Shown: positions 19,771 through 30,977, numbered from the stretch's first letter. The stretch is 31,403 nt of DNA from Prasinococcaceae sp. CCMP 1430 (GCA_013416795.1 RQSC01000028.1:845759-877161), one strand, 5' to 3'. The notes: generated from the letters alone by a model not told the origin. Program-made: numbers and translations.

Positions 19771-20456
19771 CTGCTTCAGTCAGTCAGCAAACNCGCAGCG
19801 GAAGGCCCGGGCGGCGCATCGCGCGAGAAGGGGGGTCGGGGGGGGATTAGTTCCGGGTGGATTAGGATTCGTTCCAGTTCCTACCGCCCCGGCCATCAAA
19901 AACGCTTGGGGCGGGCGCCCTCGACGTATTTTAGCAGCAGCGAATGCGCACACGCGCACGCTGCACCATCTCGCGGCGAGTGCGGGGATGCTTTGGCAAA
20001 CATTGCGACGCACACCGCATGCCATCATGATGGTGCGCGCGGCCTCGGGGGGCGCGCACCAACCAAAACGTTGCGCGGACGCGTGCTCAGCACGTGTGTC
20101 GATCAGCTCTGCGCGCAGCGTCGGGATGTCACGCGGGCGTGTGTCTGACGTGCGCGCCCGCCGCGGCGAAATATCTCGTTAAACTGTCGGACACACGTGG
20201 CAGATACTGACTGCCGCGCTCGATCGAGCGCGCACCGCGGCGGCGTGCGTACCGCGCCGCCTCGGGCGGCGCCGCGTGTGCCCGCTGCGTGCCGCCGTGT
20301 GCGAGCGCATTGAGCACTGCGGCGTCCCCGACTCCCCGCACAGACGGGTGCCGCGGGCTCAGATGGAGTGCACGCGTGCCACTCTGCGTGCACACAGCAC
20401 CACAGGCCGACGTCTGCTCCCCTCTACGTAGCACTGAAGTACTCCCGGCTGCCATC

Positions 20457-21916
20457 ATGAAGAAAGCCGCCGTGCTCATCAGCGTCGCGGCGGCCCTTGC
20501 GCTGGCGTCGCCCCCCGCCTCCTTCGTCTCCGGCCTGTCTGCCTCACCTATGCCGTCCCCTGGACAAGGTGAGTTCCAGAGACTCGCCGCCCCCGCACGT
20601 GCTCAAGGAGCAACGAAGCGCGCATTGTTGACGAATGATTTTACTCCCACCCACGCATCCGATCCGTAGACACGACCGCCGGCTGCTACGACATCGAAGT
20701 CCATCAGGTACGCGAGCTTGCAGGTGACGCGAAGCGCGCCCTTGGCGTGTTCCGTTTGGCGAGACCTTTGTCGCTTTTCGATGCGGCGTAGCCGCGTAGC
20801 CGGCCTACATTGCCCGAGCATTGACTAATTCAACGCGCCCCTGGCCACTATGGCTGGCCACGGTGTGTTGTCCGCATTCGCGCGTGTGACGGCATGTCCT
20901 TTTAGTGCTCGTGCACGACGACAGAGGCGGCGTGCCTCGCGGGAAACGACCCGAACAGTGCAACGCCCAGGTACTACTGGACCGACGCTTGCAACTGCAA
21001 CGCCGACGGCTCTTCCGCAGGCTGCTCATCATGGAGATGCACAAGTGCAACTGCACGGCTCAGAGCACCAAGGAGGAGTGCGAGGCCGATGGCAACAACA
21101 TCTGGACCGACGCCTGCGGCTGGGGCTACGGCCAGCCCTGCGGGCCGAACCCTCCGCCGGCGGAAGACGGCGGCGGCTGCTTCGTCCTTCCCGGTAACGG
21201 CGCTGGCACGGCTGGCTGCAACTGTGACCCCACCGTGACTGTCTCTGATTGCTTTGATCAGGGGGGCGTCTGGGCCGCGTACTGCGCCTTCGATGGTACT
21301 GGGAAGTGCTCCATCTTTGGCACAGCCGGCTGCTACAGCGGCGCGCCTGAACACACCTGCGATTGCAACATCGACGAGGAATCATGCGCAACTGCAGACA
21401 ACGCATTCGGCAAGGTTGGCATCTGGACTGACGTACGTATCACCCAGATTTTTCGCACCCGCCCGCCGGACCACCGCACGCAAGCATGCCCTGCCATCCT
21501 GCTGGCGGGAGACCGCTGACGCGCGCGCCTCCATTGCCTGCTTCTCCCCTCTTGCCTCTGCGATGAAACATACACAGGGTTGCAGCTGCGGCGGCGCGGG
21601 CGACACCGACCCGAACGGCGGCTGCTACGAGCTCTCCAGCCACCAGTGCAACTGCGACTCCTCGCGCGACGCGTGCGAAGCACAGAACCCCGACGGCGCA
21701 GACCCACAGTACTTCTGGACGGGCGCCTGCTCCTGCGACGGCACTCCAAGCGCAGGTTGCTTCCTGCGCGACACCTTCGAATGCCTCTGCAGCGAGACGG
21801 CGCTCCTCTTTGAGGACTGCTTCGCTCAGAATGGCGTCTGGACCGACATGTGCGCGTGGACCGGCGATGGCGGATGCGCCATCCCCCCGACCTTCGCCGT
21901 GGAGGCCAACGCGTGA
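20457..21916 (+). CDS. secreted Cys-rich repeat protein (introns 20569-20669, 20708-20905, 21433-21577) with an apparent 1-nt frameshift near 21027
   Basis: Signal peptide MKKAAVLISVAAALALA; six repeats of GC[YF]-x5-12-CxC-x5-9-C-x-WT-x2-C; all three introns are GT-AG and phase-consistent. Confidence 0.75.
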
Positions 21917-22018
21917 CTTTGAAGCGACGATCTTCGCTACCACGCGAGCGGCTCGCGCTTCGACCATATATGTAGGTACTTTACACTTTGTACAGCTCGG
22001 GCCACTCGCGTCGCGCGG

Positions 22019-23212
22019 TCAGTGTTGTCGATGAAGCTCGACGTCCGCGCCCTCGTCGAGGTCGTCCACGCGCACGCCCCCACCGCCGAAGATGGCCGCG
22101 CTCTTCTGGGCCACGCGCCGCGCGTCGAAGTCCGCCCACCCGGGGAGCTCGCGCAGCTGCTCTGCTGTCACGCTGCAACCGTGGAGAGTGAGCGAGTGCA
22201 GGCTGGTCGCGTGCGACAGGAGCTCGCGCGGCACGCCAGCGGGCCCGAGAGCGGCGTTGCCATCGGCGGAGAGCACGCGCAGCCGCGCGCACCTCCCGAG
22301 CGACGCCGGCAGGGCGCACAACCTGTTGTGCGCCGCGCGCAGCTCCTCGAGCGCGACGCAGGATCCGAGCTCCTCGGGCAGCTCTGCGAGCGCATTGCTG
22401 TCGACGCGCAGCACCGCCAGGGCGGCCATTGCGCCGATGGAACCCGGCAGGGCCTCGAGCGCGTTGCCGCTCAAGTCGAGCACGCGCAGTGCGCCCGCGC
22501 GCTGTGCGCAGAAGAAGCTGGCAGGCAGCACGCCGGCGAGCCTGTTGTGCGCGAGCTGAACGTTGGCCAGGGTGTCTGCCAGCGCATCCCAGGGCACGCC
22601 GGCAGTTGTGAGCGCGCACTCGCTCAGTCGCAGCGTGCGGAGCTTCGACAGCGAGCCCCAGTCGTAGGCCATGAGGCACTCGATGCCCGCGTTGCCGCCG
22701 GCGTCCAGGATGCGCGCGCTGGCGCCGACGCCGAACGCTTCGGCGGGCAGGGCGTCGAGCGCCTCGTCGCGCAGCGACACGATGCCCGTCTTCGCCCACG
22801 ACTTGGCTCGCTCTGCGATTGGCAAGGCGCGCGCAGCTGGCCGCGCTGCGGCGGCAGATGGCACGGTCTTGCGCAGCTTTGTCGGCGGGCGGGCAGGTTT
22901 GGACGCGCCGCCCGCCACTGCCCGCAACGGTGGAGCCCCCGTGGTCGCGAGAAGCATGAGCTTCGCGCCGGGCTTGAGCACTCCGCCGAGCTCGGCAGCG
23001 TCGTCGTCGAGAGACTTCCCCTTGGCAATGAGCCGCATCGCGCGCGCGGGCGCGCCGCCGCCGGCCCCGCGCGCTGCGAGCAGCGCCTTCAGCGCGCCCA
23101 CGGTGTCGCGCGGCGAGACGCCAAGCTGCAGCGGCGCGTCCCTGCCGTGCTTCACCGTCACGCTCATCAGCGCGGCCGCACCTCCCTCTCCGTCGCCGGC
23201 GGCCGTCGCCAT
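22019..23212 (-). CDS. ubiquitin-like domain + leucine-rich repeat protein
   Basis: ATG at 23212. UBL: MSVTVKHG...TVGALKALL...MRLIAKGKSLDD...LKPGAKLMLL. Several LxxLxLxxNxL repeats (LRVLDLSGNALEALP, LAVLRVDSNALAELP, LEELRAAHNRL); TGTAA at 21981-21985 (minus). Confidence 0.88.
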   Translation of the reverse strand: MATAAGDGEGGAAALMSVTVKHGRDAPLQLGVSPRDTVGALKALLAARGAGGGAPARAMRLIAKGKSLDDDAAELGGVLKPGAKLMLLATTGAPPLRAVAGGASKPARPPTKLRKTVPSAAAARPAARALPIAERAKSWAKTGIVSLRDEALDALPAEAFGVGASARILDAGGNAGIECLMAYDWGSLSKLRTLRLSECALTTAGVPWDALADTLANVQLAHNRLAGVLPASFFCAQRAGALRVLDLSGNALEALPGSIGAMAALAVLRVDSNALAELPEELGSCVALEELRAAHNRLCALPASLGRCARLRVLSADGNAALGPAGVPRELLSHATSLHSLTLHGCSVTAEQLRELPGWADFDARRVAQKSAAIFGGGGVRVDDLDEGADVELHRQH

Positions 23213-23553
23213 CGCCCGCGGCGGCCAGGCGGCACGCAGTGGGCCGCGCCATCGGCGTTTTTTTTTTTTTTTTTTAACGCTCGTCGGCCTGCGCGCGCCG
23301 GATTGGGAGCGCGGGCGGGACTGCCGGGGCCGGGCGAAGGGGTGGGGGTGGGGGCGGGGAGGTGGGGGTGAGCGGGCGTCGGAGGCGCGCCGGGCCGCGC
23401 GCGAGCGCATGCGCGCGTGTGCGGGTGCGCGAGCCTTTCTCGCTCCCCCTAGTTCCGTACGCCCACCCACCGACCTCGGAGGGCTCCACAGCGCGCGCGC
23501 GCTGCGCCAGCGGCGCGCGCCGCCCCGCATCCCGCGCCACTCGCCCACACGCG

Positions 23554-26500
23554 ATGGCCGACGCTGCGGAGGCTGCCGAGGCCGACGCCGCGCCTGACGC
23601 GCGCACGTTCGCCGTGTCGTGGCACGCACGCGCAGCAGTCGCGTGTGCGCCGGCGTCAGTCGCAGAGGCGGCCGCCGAGGCCGCGACGGCCGTCGCGGAC
23701 GCGCTCGGCGCTGGAACCTTTACCGTGACGGCGGGCGAGCTGCTCGGCGCTGCGCTGGGGGGTTCCGTAGGCGGCGCGCTCGCCGCGCGCATCGCCTCCG
23801 ATGAGGAGGCCGCTGCAGCTGCTGAGCAGGAGCGCCGCGCAGCCACACTCGAAGAGTGCGAGGCGTCAGCCACCGAGGCGCGGGCCGCGGCGGAGGAGGC
23901 TCGCGCGGCAGCCGAGGCCGACAGGGTGGATGACCCTGCCGCTGCCGCCGCCGCCGCCGCTGAAGCAGCTGCCAAGGCCGCCGTCGCGGACGCCGCCGTC
24001 GCCGACGCACGCGACGCGCTTGGTGCGCCATTTGCGGGCGGCGCGACATACATCGTCCTCGCGCCGGCTGTCGCCGCCGGGACAGACGATGCCGAAACTG
24101 AGGCGCCGCCGCCGCCGCTGCAGGACGCTGCCGCAATCGCCGCCGCCCTGGAAGACTGCCCCCAACTCTGCGGCGTCATCAGCCTGTACGACGAAACCTC
24201 GGCGCCCGTGCCCGCCGACGGCGCCAGTACCGAGGGGGCCGACGGCGCCGACGTGCCTACCGTGGTCGAGCCCGAGCGCGCTCCGCTCGCGACATTCCTC
24301 GCAGCCGCGCCCGTGCGCGCCGTTGCGCTCATCGACGCGCCGTTCGATCCAGCGGCGGAGCCCGCAGCCGTGCCAGCCCCTGCGAGTGAAGACGGCACGC
24401 CCGTGCCCCTCGGACCCGCTGCGACCTCGCTCCGCGCCGCGCTGGTGCGGCTGATCGAGCTCAGCGACGCGTACGACGCGTGGCGCAGCACCGCCGAGGT
24501 GCACGAGGTCCCAGACTTTTTGGACGCGCCGCTGCCCGCGCACTACACGCAGCTGATGGATGCTGTGCCCGCGGCGCGCTGCAGCGTGGCGGTCACGCTC
24601 GACTGCATGGTCGAGCAGATCGCTCGAGACGCTGCGCTTGGCGCGAGCCACGAGGATGAGGCCCGCGCTGTGGCTGACGAGGACCGCGTGGGCGAGGTTA
24701 CCTCGCTGCTTGACGCAGCGTTCGCCGCCATCAACCTCGGCGACGTCGGCGGCGCCGGCCCCACTCCATCCCGCGACGCGCCGACACCCGCCGGGCCCGT
24801 GCTCGTGTACGAGTCGGACGCGATCGCACGCGGCGCGGCGACGCTTGCCGCGGGAGCCGGCGAGCGCGGGATGGTCGACGTTGACGTCGAGGCTATCGAG
24901 GCGCGCATGCTGGAGCTGCTGGCGCCGCCCGGTGGCGAGGCGCGTCGCGGCATGCCCGAATCGCCCGAGCTCTCACCCGAGGCGCGAGGCGCGCGCAGGA
25001 CGGCGCTCGCGGCGCTCTGCGCAGAGCGCGGCGTCGCGCTCGAGCCAACCGAGCGCCTCGCGCTGCTGCGCGCGGCGACAGACGCGCTGCCAGTGGAGGC
25101 GCTTGGCGGGAAGGATTCAGACGCCGCCATGGCCATCGCCGCAGACATCTCGTCGCGCACCGTGGTGGAGACCATGCCCGCCACAACGCTCGCCCAAGTG
25201 TACTTCTCATCTCGCCTGCTGAGGGAGGCCGTCGAGACCTACTACGCGCCCGATGATGCCGTGCTGGCCGTCGTGTATGACAGCGTGCGAGCGGGAGGTC
25301 ACGGGTCGCTCGAGGCGAATGCCGACGCGGCCGCGGCGGACGCTGCGCCGAATGCGGTGGCCGCAGCACCCTCATTCGGCGAGTTTGTCCGCAGCGGGGT
25401 CGACGCGACGGCGCTGCCGCATGTCGCTTACGATGTCGGCGCGGCATCGCTCGAACTGGGTACTGACCACGGCAGCGTGACATTCTGCTCGGGCGGCGGC
25501 ATCGTCGTCGAGTCGGCGACTCTTGGCGGGCCCACGCTGGAGGCGCCCGGAAGGCGCACGACTGTCGGCCTCCGGGCGGGCGACGATGGCGAGGCGCTCG
25601 TCGTGGCGACCACTGCGGAGGGCACGGCGGTGACCGCGTCGGTGACTGGCACGGTCGGTGTCGCCGACGCGCTCGCCGCACAGGCGTCTGCCGCCGAGGC
25701 TCGCGCCGCGGCCAAGGCGGCGGCGGCCGCCGCCGCCGACGTCGGCGAGAGCGAGGGCGAACAGCAGGACCCACCCGCAGAGGTGCCCCCCGCTGAGACA
25801 GCCGAGCGCGACGAGGCCGCCGCGGAGGCTGACGCAAAGGACGTCCACGCCGACGCAGCGACAGCGGCTGCCGCGCCCGTGGAAGAGGCAGCGGCCAAGC
25901 CGGAGGCGGTCGAGGCTGAGGCAGAGGCAGAGGAGGGCGCGGCGGAGGCGGCAGCGGTGGCTTCCGCGGAGGCCGCGCTGCGCGCATCGCTGTGCGCGAG
26001 CCTACCCTCTGGTCTTATCGTGCGGCTGGCGGCCGATGGCACCGTTACGCAGCGCGGGGCGTCAGGCAGCGAGGAGCGCGTCGTGCTGCCCTCCGGCGCT
26101 GTGATCGTGCGCGGAGGTGCCGATGCCGCGGCTACCACGCTGTTGCTCACGGATGGCTCGGTCGCGGTGTCGGCGGAGGTGCGCGGCACGCCCGGCTGGG
26201 AGTGCACCAACGCCACAGGCGTGCGCTGGGCGACGGACGCGGGCGCGTGGGTGTTCGGCGGCGTGGAGTACGTCGACGAGGCGCCCGCGGCAGCCGCGCG
26301 CGATGCGGCGCTCGCATCGGCGACGCTAGCTGTGGAGGAGGCCAAGGCCGCCGTGGCGGAGGCGGAGGCTGGCGCCGAGGGCGAGGCCGCCGAGGCCGCC
26401 CCGGCCGAGGCAGCTCCCGAAGGCGGAGATGAGGAGGGCGCGGCGCTTCCTCCCACGCCCGCGCAGCTCTTGGCCGAGGCCGAGGAGCGCCTGGCGGCGA

Positions 26501-27100
26501 TCGGAGATGTCGAGTGCGCCGCCCCACGCATGTCGGCGCTGCCTGCTGTAGCCGCGGCGGAGGTGACCGACCCCGACAGCGGCGCGCGCGTCGTGACGCG
26601 TGCCGACCTCGCGCTGGTGGTGACGTACGCGTCGGGCCACACACTCGCGCAGCACGCGGACGGCACCGCGAGCTTGGTCGCGCCGAAGGCCGGCGGCGGC
26701 GCCGTCGGAGGCTGGCGCGTGGAGCGCGCTGGCTACGCGCCGGTGTGCTGCGCGCCGGGCGACGGCGGCGTCGTGGTGACAGTCTCGCTGCCGGGCGGCG
26801 TGACCCTCGAAGCGCGCCCGGGCGACGGCGCGCTCGCGGCGACGCTGCCTGGGGAGGGCGCGCTTGCCCTGCGCCAGGGCGCCCGCGAGGTGTCGTACTC
26901 GCCCGAGGCGGAGGAGACGCAGGCGTTCGCTTTCGACGCCGTCACGCGCAGCGTCTCGCATCTGGGCGGCGAGCAGGACGGCGGCGTGCGGGCCGACGCG
27001 GCCGCGCCGGGCGCGACGCCCCGCGTGTTTGTCTTCGCCGCGGGCGACGGTGGCGGCGCCGAGCTTCTCCGGGCATCGGAGGCTCGCGCGGCCGTCGCGC
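23554..27100 (+). CDS. PF6: PF6/SPAG17-like flagellar central-pair (C1a) protein, N-terminal and middle part
   Basis: Long Ala/Glu-rich ORF with beta-rich blocks VLPSGAVIVRG...LLLTDGSV...WECTNATGVRW and TDPDSGARVVTRADLALVVTYASGHTLAQHADGT...WRVERAGYAPV, recalling the SPAG17 TDP...TRxD...HADGT region. Confidence 0.7.
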
Positions 27101-27675
27101 GCGCTGCGCAAGCGCGGCCTGACAGCCCCGACGCTCGTCCAGGCGCGAGTGGTGCCGCTGGCGCTACAGGGGCGCGACGTGGTGTGCCGCGCGCGCACGG
27201 GCTCGGGCAAGACCCTGGCCTACCTGCTGCCCATGATGCACAAGATCCTGCAGGCGGGCGGCGCCGACGGTGGCACGCAGGGCCTCGTGCTCGTGCCGTC
27301 GCGAGACCTGACCGCCCAGGTCAAGACGGAGGCGAACGCGCTCGCTGAGCACTGCGGTGGGTCCATCAGCGTCGCGGCGCTGACTGCGGGGCTTTCCGCG
27401 GCGGCGGTGCGCTCGCTGCTCGCGGCGCGCCCCGCGCTGCTCGTGGCGACGCCCGGCCGCCTGGCGGCGGCCGTGCGCGAGGGCAGCGTGCCGCGCGCGG
27501 CGCTGGCGGCGCTGAAGACCCTGGTGCTGGATGAGGCGGACCTACTGCTGAGCTACGGCTACGAGGAGGACATCACGCTGCTAGCCGATGCCGTGTCGCG
27601 CTCGTGCCAGTGCCTGCTCGTGAGTGCGACAACCTCGCCGGACGTGGACCGTCTCAAGAAACTCGTGCTGCACTC
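27095..27675 (+). CDS. DBP9: DEAD-box helicase DBP9/DDX56/RH16, N-terminal RecA domain fragment only
   Basis: PTLVQ (Q motif), ARTGSGKTLAY (I), LVLVPSRDL (Ia), VATPGRL (Ib), LVLDEADLLLSYGYEEDI (II, DDX56/RH16-type), LLVSAT (III); stops at the N at 27676. Confidence 0.88.
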
Positions 27676-27676
27676 N

Positions 27677-28459
27677 AGCACGCCGCCGCAGCCAAGCGCG
27701 CCGACGCCCGAGCCCGAGCCCGCGCCCGAGCCCGAGGCCGAGCCCGCCTCTGCCCAGCCGCCGCTGCACCTGCCGCCGCTCGAGCTGCCCGGCGATTTGG
27801 CCGGCGGGTGGGACAGCGACGACGGGGGGCCCGCCAGCGGGGCGTCGGGGCCGTCGATGCCGCTGTCCCCGCGCTCGTCCAAATTCGACATCTACGGCTC
27901 GCCGCGCGCGGCGCCGGCGTTGAAGCGCCGCCCCTCGACGCTCGCCCGGTCGGCCTCCAACGAGCGCTTCGAGTCCGTCGAGTCGCCCGTGCGCCGCACG
28001 ACGCGCAACTCGCCCTCGACGCTCTACCGCGCGAGCGCCGCCGGCGCGGCCGCCCCGCAGTTCGCGCTGAGCCCCGCCCACCTGCGCTTCGGCCCGGTGC
28101 GCGTCGGCGCGTCGCGCACGCTCGCCGCGCGGCTCGCCAACGTCAGCCCGGAGCTGGGGAGGTACGCCGTCCGCCCGACGAGCGCGCCCTTTTCGGCCAA
28201 GTACGCCGCCGGGAGCATGGCGGCGGGCATGTCGGCCAAGGTCGAGGTGAGCTTCGCGCCGACCGCCGAGGGGCCCTTCGAGGGCGAGGTGACGGTGGCG
28301 TCAGAGTACACCATTTTGAGGATGAGGGTGAGCGGCACCGGCGCGGGGAGCGGATCGGCGGGTGGCGGGGGCGGCGACGTCGGAAGGGCCGCGCCCGCGC
28401 CGGTGGTGCTCGACGAGACCAAGACGCTGGAGGAGATGAGGGCGGAGAGGGGTGGCTGA
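27677..28459 (+). CDS. PF6: PF6/SPAG17 C-terminal part with a PapD-like/ASH Ig-fold domain
   Basis: FALSPAHLRFGPVRVG...LANVSPELGRYAV...YAAGSMAAGMSAKVEVSF...GEVTVASEYTILRMRVSG matches the ASH/PapD-like pattern known at the SPAG17 C-terminus; TGA at 28457-28459. Confidence 0.7.
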   Translation, partial: STPPQPSAPTPEPEPAPEPEAEPASAQPPLHLPPLELPGDLAGGWDSDDGGPASGASGPSMPLSPRSSKFDIYGSPRAAPALKRRPSTLARSASNERFESVESPVRRTTRNSPSTLYRASAAGAAAPQFALSPAHLRFGPVRVGASRTLAARLANVSPELGRYAVRPTSAPFSAKYAAGSMAAGMSAKVEVSFAPTAEGPFEGEVTVASEYTILRMRVSGTGAGSGSAGGGGGDVGRAAPAPVVLDETKTLEEMRAERGG

Positions 28460-28506
28460 CGCGGGGACCTGGCGGTGAGCCGCCGCGTCGGTCGCGTCTC
28501 TCATTT

Positions 28507-30690
28507 TCACACGCGGCTGCGGCGACCCCACGCCCCAGCAGCGACCCCGCGCGCCAGCAGCGAAGGCGCGTTCCCGAGCGACCCGCGGTTGCCGCGCGCG
28601 AGCGCGTAAGAGACGACGACGCGAGCGGCCTGCGTGCTCGCTCGCGAGCGCACATTTATTATACTGCGTGAGTGCTGGCCGGCGTGTGGCTGGCCTGTGG
28701 CCGGGCGAGCGCTGCTCAGCGCTTCGACTTCCGTCGGCCGCGGCCGCCGCCGCGGCCGCGGCCGCCGCCCGCCCCGACTGCCGCCCGCCCCGCGCCTGCC
28801 GCCCGCCGCGCGCCGCGCCTCGTCGCGCGCCGCCAGCTCAGCGAGCTCCATGTCCTCATCGCGCTCCGCCTCGGCGAAGGCGTCGAGCGTCTCGCGCTGC
28901 CGCGCCCCTCGGGACACTCGCCGGTGCTTCTTGCTGTCGAGGCGCACCTCTGCGGCCAGCACGCCGCCCGCGCGGCTCTTGTACTTGAGCGCCGCGTCCG
29001 CGCGCGCGGTGCGCGCGCGCTTGCGCTCGACGGCTTCGAGCTCCTCGCGTATGGACACGTAGAGCGGGTAGCGCTCCCACCCGTGGGACGCGTCCGAGGC
29101 CTGCGCGTCGCCCTCGTCAGCCACGCCCCCCTCGTGCCCCGTGAGTTCGCGCACGGTGTCCGCGTCGAAGAGCGCGCCTCCCGCCTCCCCCTCGCCGGCG
29201 CCCGAAGGGCGCACGACGCACCCGGGCTCGTGCACGTGCGTGCAGTTGCTGAACGCGCAGGGCCCGCGCTCGGCGTGGCATCGCGCGATCTCGGGGAAGA
29301 GCGCGCCGAGCTCGTCCGGCGACACGCTGCCGAGCCCCGGCTGGATGAAGCCCGGCGTGTCGGCCAGCAGCCCGCCGCCCGGCAGGTGGATGAGGCTGAC
29401 GTTGCGCGTGGTGTGGCGCCCCTTGCCGCTGCGCTCGCTCACGCCGCCGGTGGCCTGCAGGCCCGCCCGGCTGGCCGCGGCGAAGCTCACGTTGCCGGCG
29501 TCGTCGGCCACCTCGAGCACCGACAGCGAGGGCACGTATTTGTATTTGTTCTCCCTCGCCGAGAGCTGCGGCGCGTCAAGGGAGGACGGCGGCGGCGGCG
29601 GCTGGCGGCTGGCGCTGCTGCCGCCGGCGGCGGCGGCGCGGTCGTCTTCGTCGGCGTCTTCGTCTTCGTCGGCGTCGGCGGATCCCCCTCGCGCGGAGTC
29701 CTGCGCCTGCATGTGCCTCAGCCAGAGCGTGTTGATCATGGTGCTCTTGCCCACCCCCGAGGGGCCCGCCACGACTGTCGTGCGGCCCGTGAGGCGCTCC
29801 GCCAGCGCGTCGAGGCCCTCCCCCCCGCCCTCGCCCGCCGCCATCGAACAGGTGGTCGCGGAGTAGCCCCAGGCGGCGATGCGCTCCTGCGCGGCGCGCG
29901 CCTCGTCCTCGCCGCAGAGGTCGGCCTTGGAGAGCGCGAGCGACACGTCGAGGCCGGTGGCCTCGGCGGCGACGAGGAAGCGGCTGACCTGCGCGAAGTC
30001 GAGCTCGGGCCGGACCAGCGCGAAGACGAGCAGCATGTGGTCGGCGTTGGCGACCGGCGGATCGGAGCTCTCGGTCGTGCGCGGCGCGACGGCGGCGACC
30101 ACGCCCCGCATGTGCGCCCAGTCGATGGAGCTCACCTCCACGCGGTCGCCCACGAGCACCGACTGGCCCATCTTCTTCAGCAGCGAGCGCTTGGTGCACA
30201 GCAGCTCGGGGGCGTCCGACGACACGCGCGAGGCCAAGGGCAGCAGCGAGGCGGCGTCGGAGGCGGCAAGGCCCGGCCGTTCCGAGGCGGCGGCGCCCGC
30301 GCTGACTGCGTCCGAGTCGAGCCGCACGTGCACGAAGTTCGCTCGGCCGGCGACGACGACGCCCTGCGTGGTGCCGGGTGTGGTTTGCGAGAGCGAGCGA
30401 GCGAGCGCGCGCGAGCGAGCGAGCGAGAGAGCGAGAGAGCATCACGTCGGGTGGGCATGGGGGAGGGATCTGTCAGACGCGAGACTGAGCGCTGCGAGCG
30501 GTGGTGTGGGTGGGGCAGGGTCGGGGACGCATGCCGCGGCGCGAGAGCGCACCCGCCCGCGCCAGCGCGCCGCACGCACCGTGCGCGTCGCGTCGGCGCC
30601 GGCCTGCGCGACCGCATCGATCGCCTCAGCCGCCTCAGCCGCCTCACCCGCATCACCCGCGAGCGCGAACGCCCCGCCGCCTGCGCGCCG
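28507..30690 (-). CDS. rsgA: RsgA/EngC circularly permuted ribosome-assembly GTPase, organellar type (intron 30364-30579); both termini uncertain
   Basis: GVVVAGRANFVHVRL and LVGDRVEV (OB fold), PPVANADH, LSKADL (G4), GPSGVGKST (G1), GRHTTR (G2), DTPG (G3), Zn site CAFSNCTHVHEPGC; G4-G1-G2-G3 order. Confidence 0.92.
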
Positions 30691-30977
30691 CGCGCCTGTG
30701 CGCCACGCCGCAGAGACGCGAGCGCCTTCTGCGCGCACTGTGCGAGCACCGTCGCGCCTCCCGCGTGCGCGCGGCAAAGAGCGTTGTACGCGCGCTCGGC
30801 GCCTCGCGCGTCAATCGCCCACTGCACCGCAGCCTCGCGTTCAGCCGGTGTACCCCGCGTCGGATCGGCGCTACCGCCGCGGAACGAGCCATTGAATATC
30901 TCGAGTTTGCCAAGCGAACCTTCGAGGCGCCGAAGGAGAGGTACGACGTCACCGCTCGCCTGCGCCACGTCGATCGC
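30690..30977 (-). other. unrelated coding-like fragment abutting the N at 30978 in place of the RsgA 5' end
   Basis: Reads AIDVAQASGDVVPLLRRLEGSLGKLEIFNGSFRGG...AVQWAIDARGAERAYNALC in a different frame from the RsgA upstream exon. Confidence 0.45.

Noticed and set aside
23258-23275. T18 run as a Pol III terminator or retroposon tail
   Set aside because: No A/B box gene upstream and no target-site duplication; a simple homopolymer in the UBL-LRR leader.
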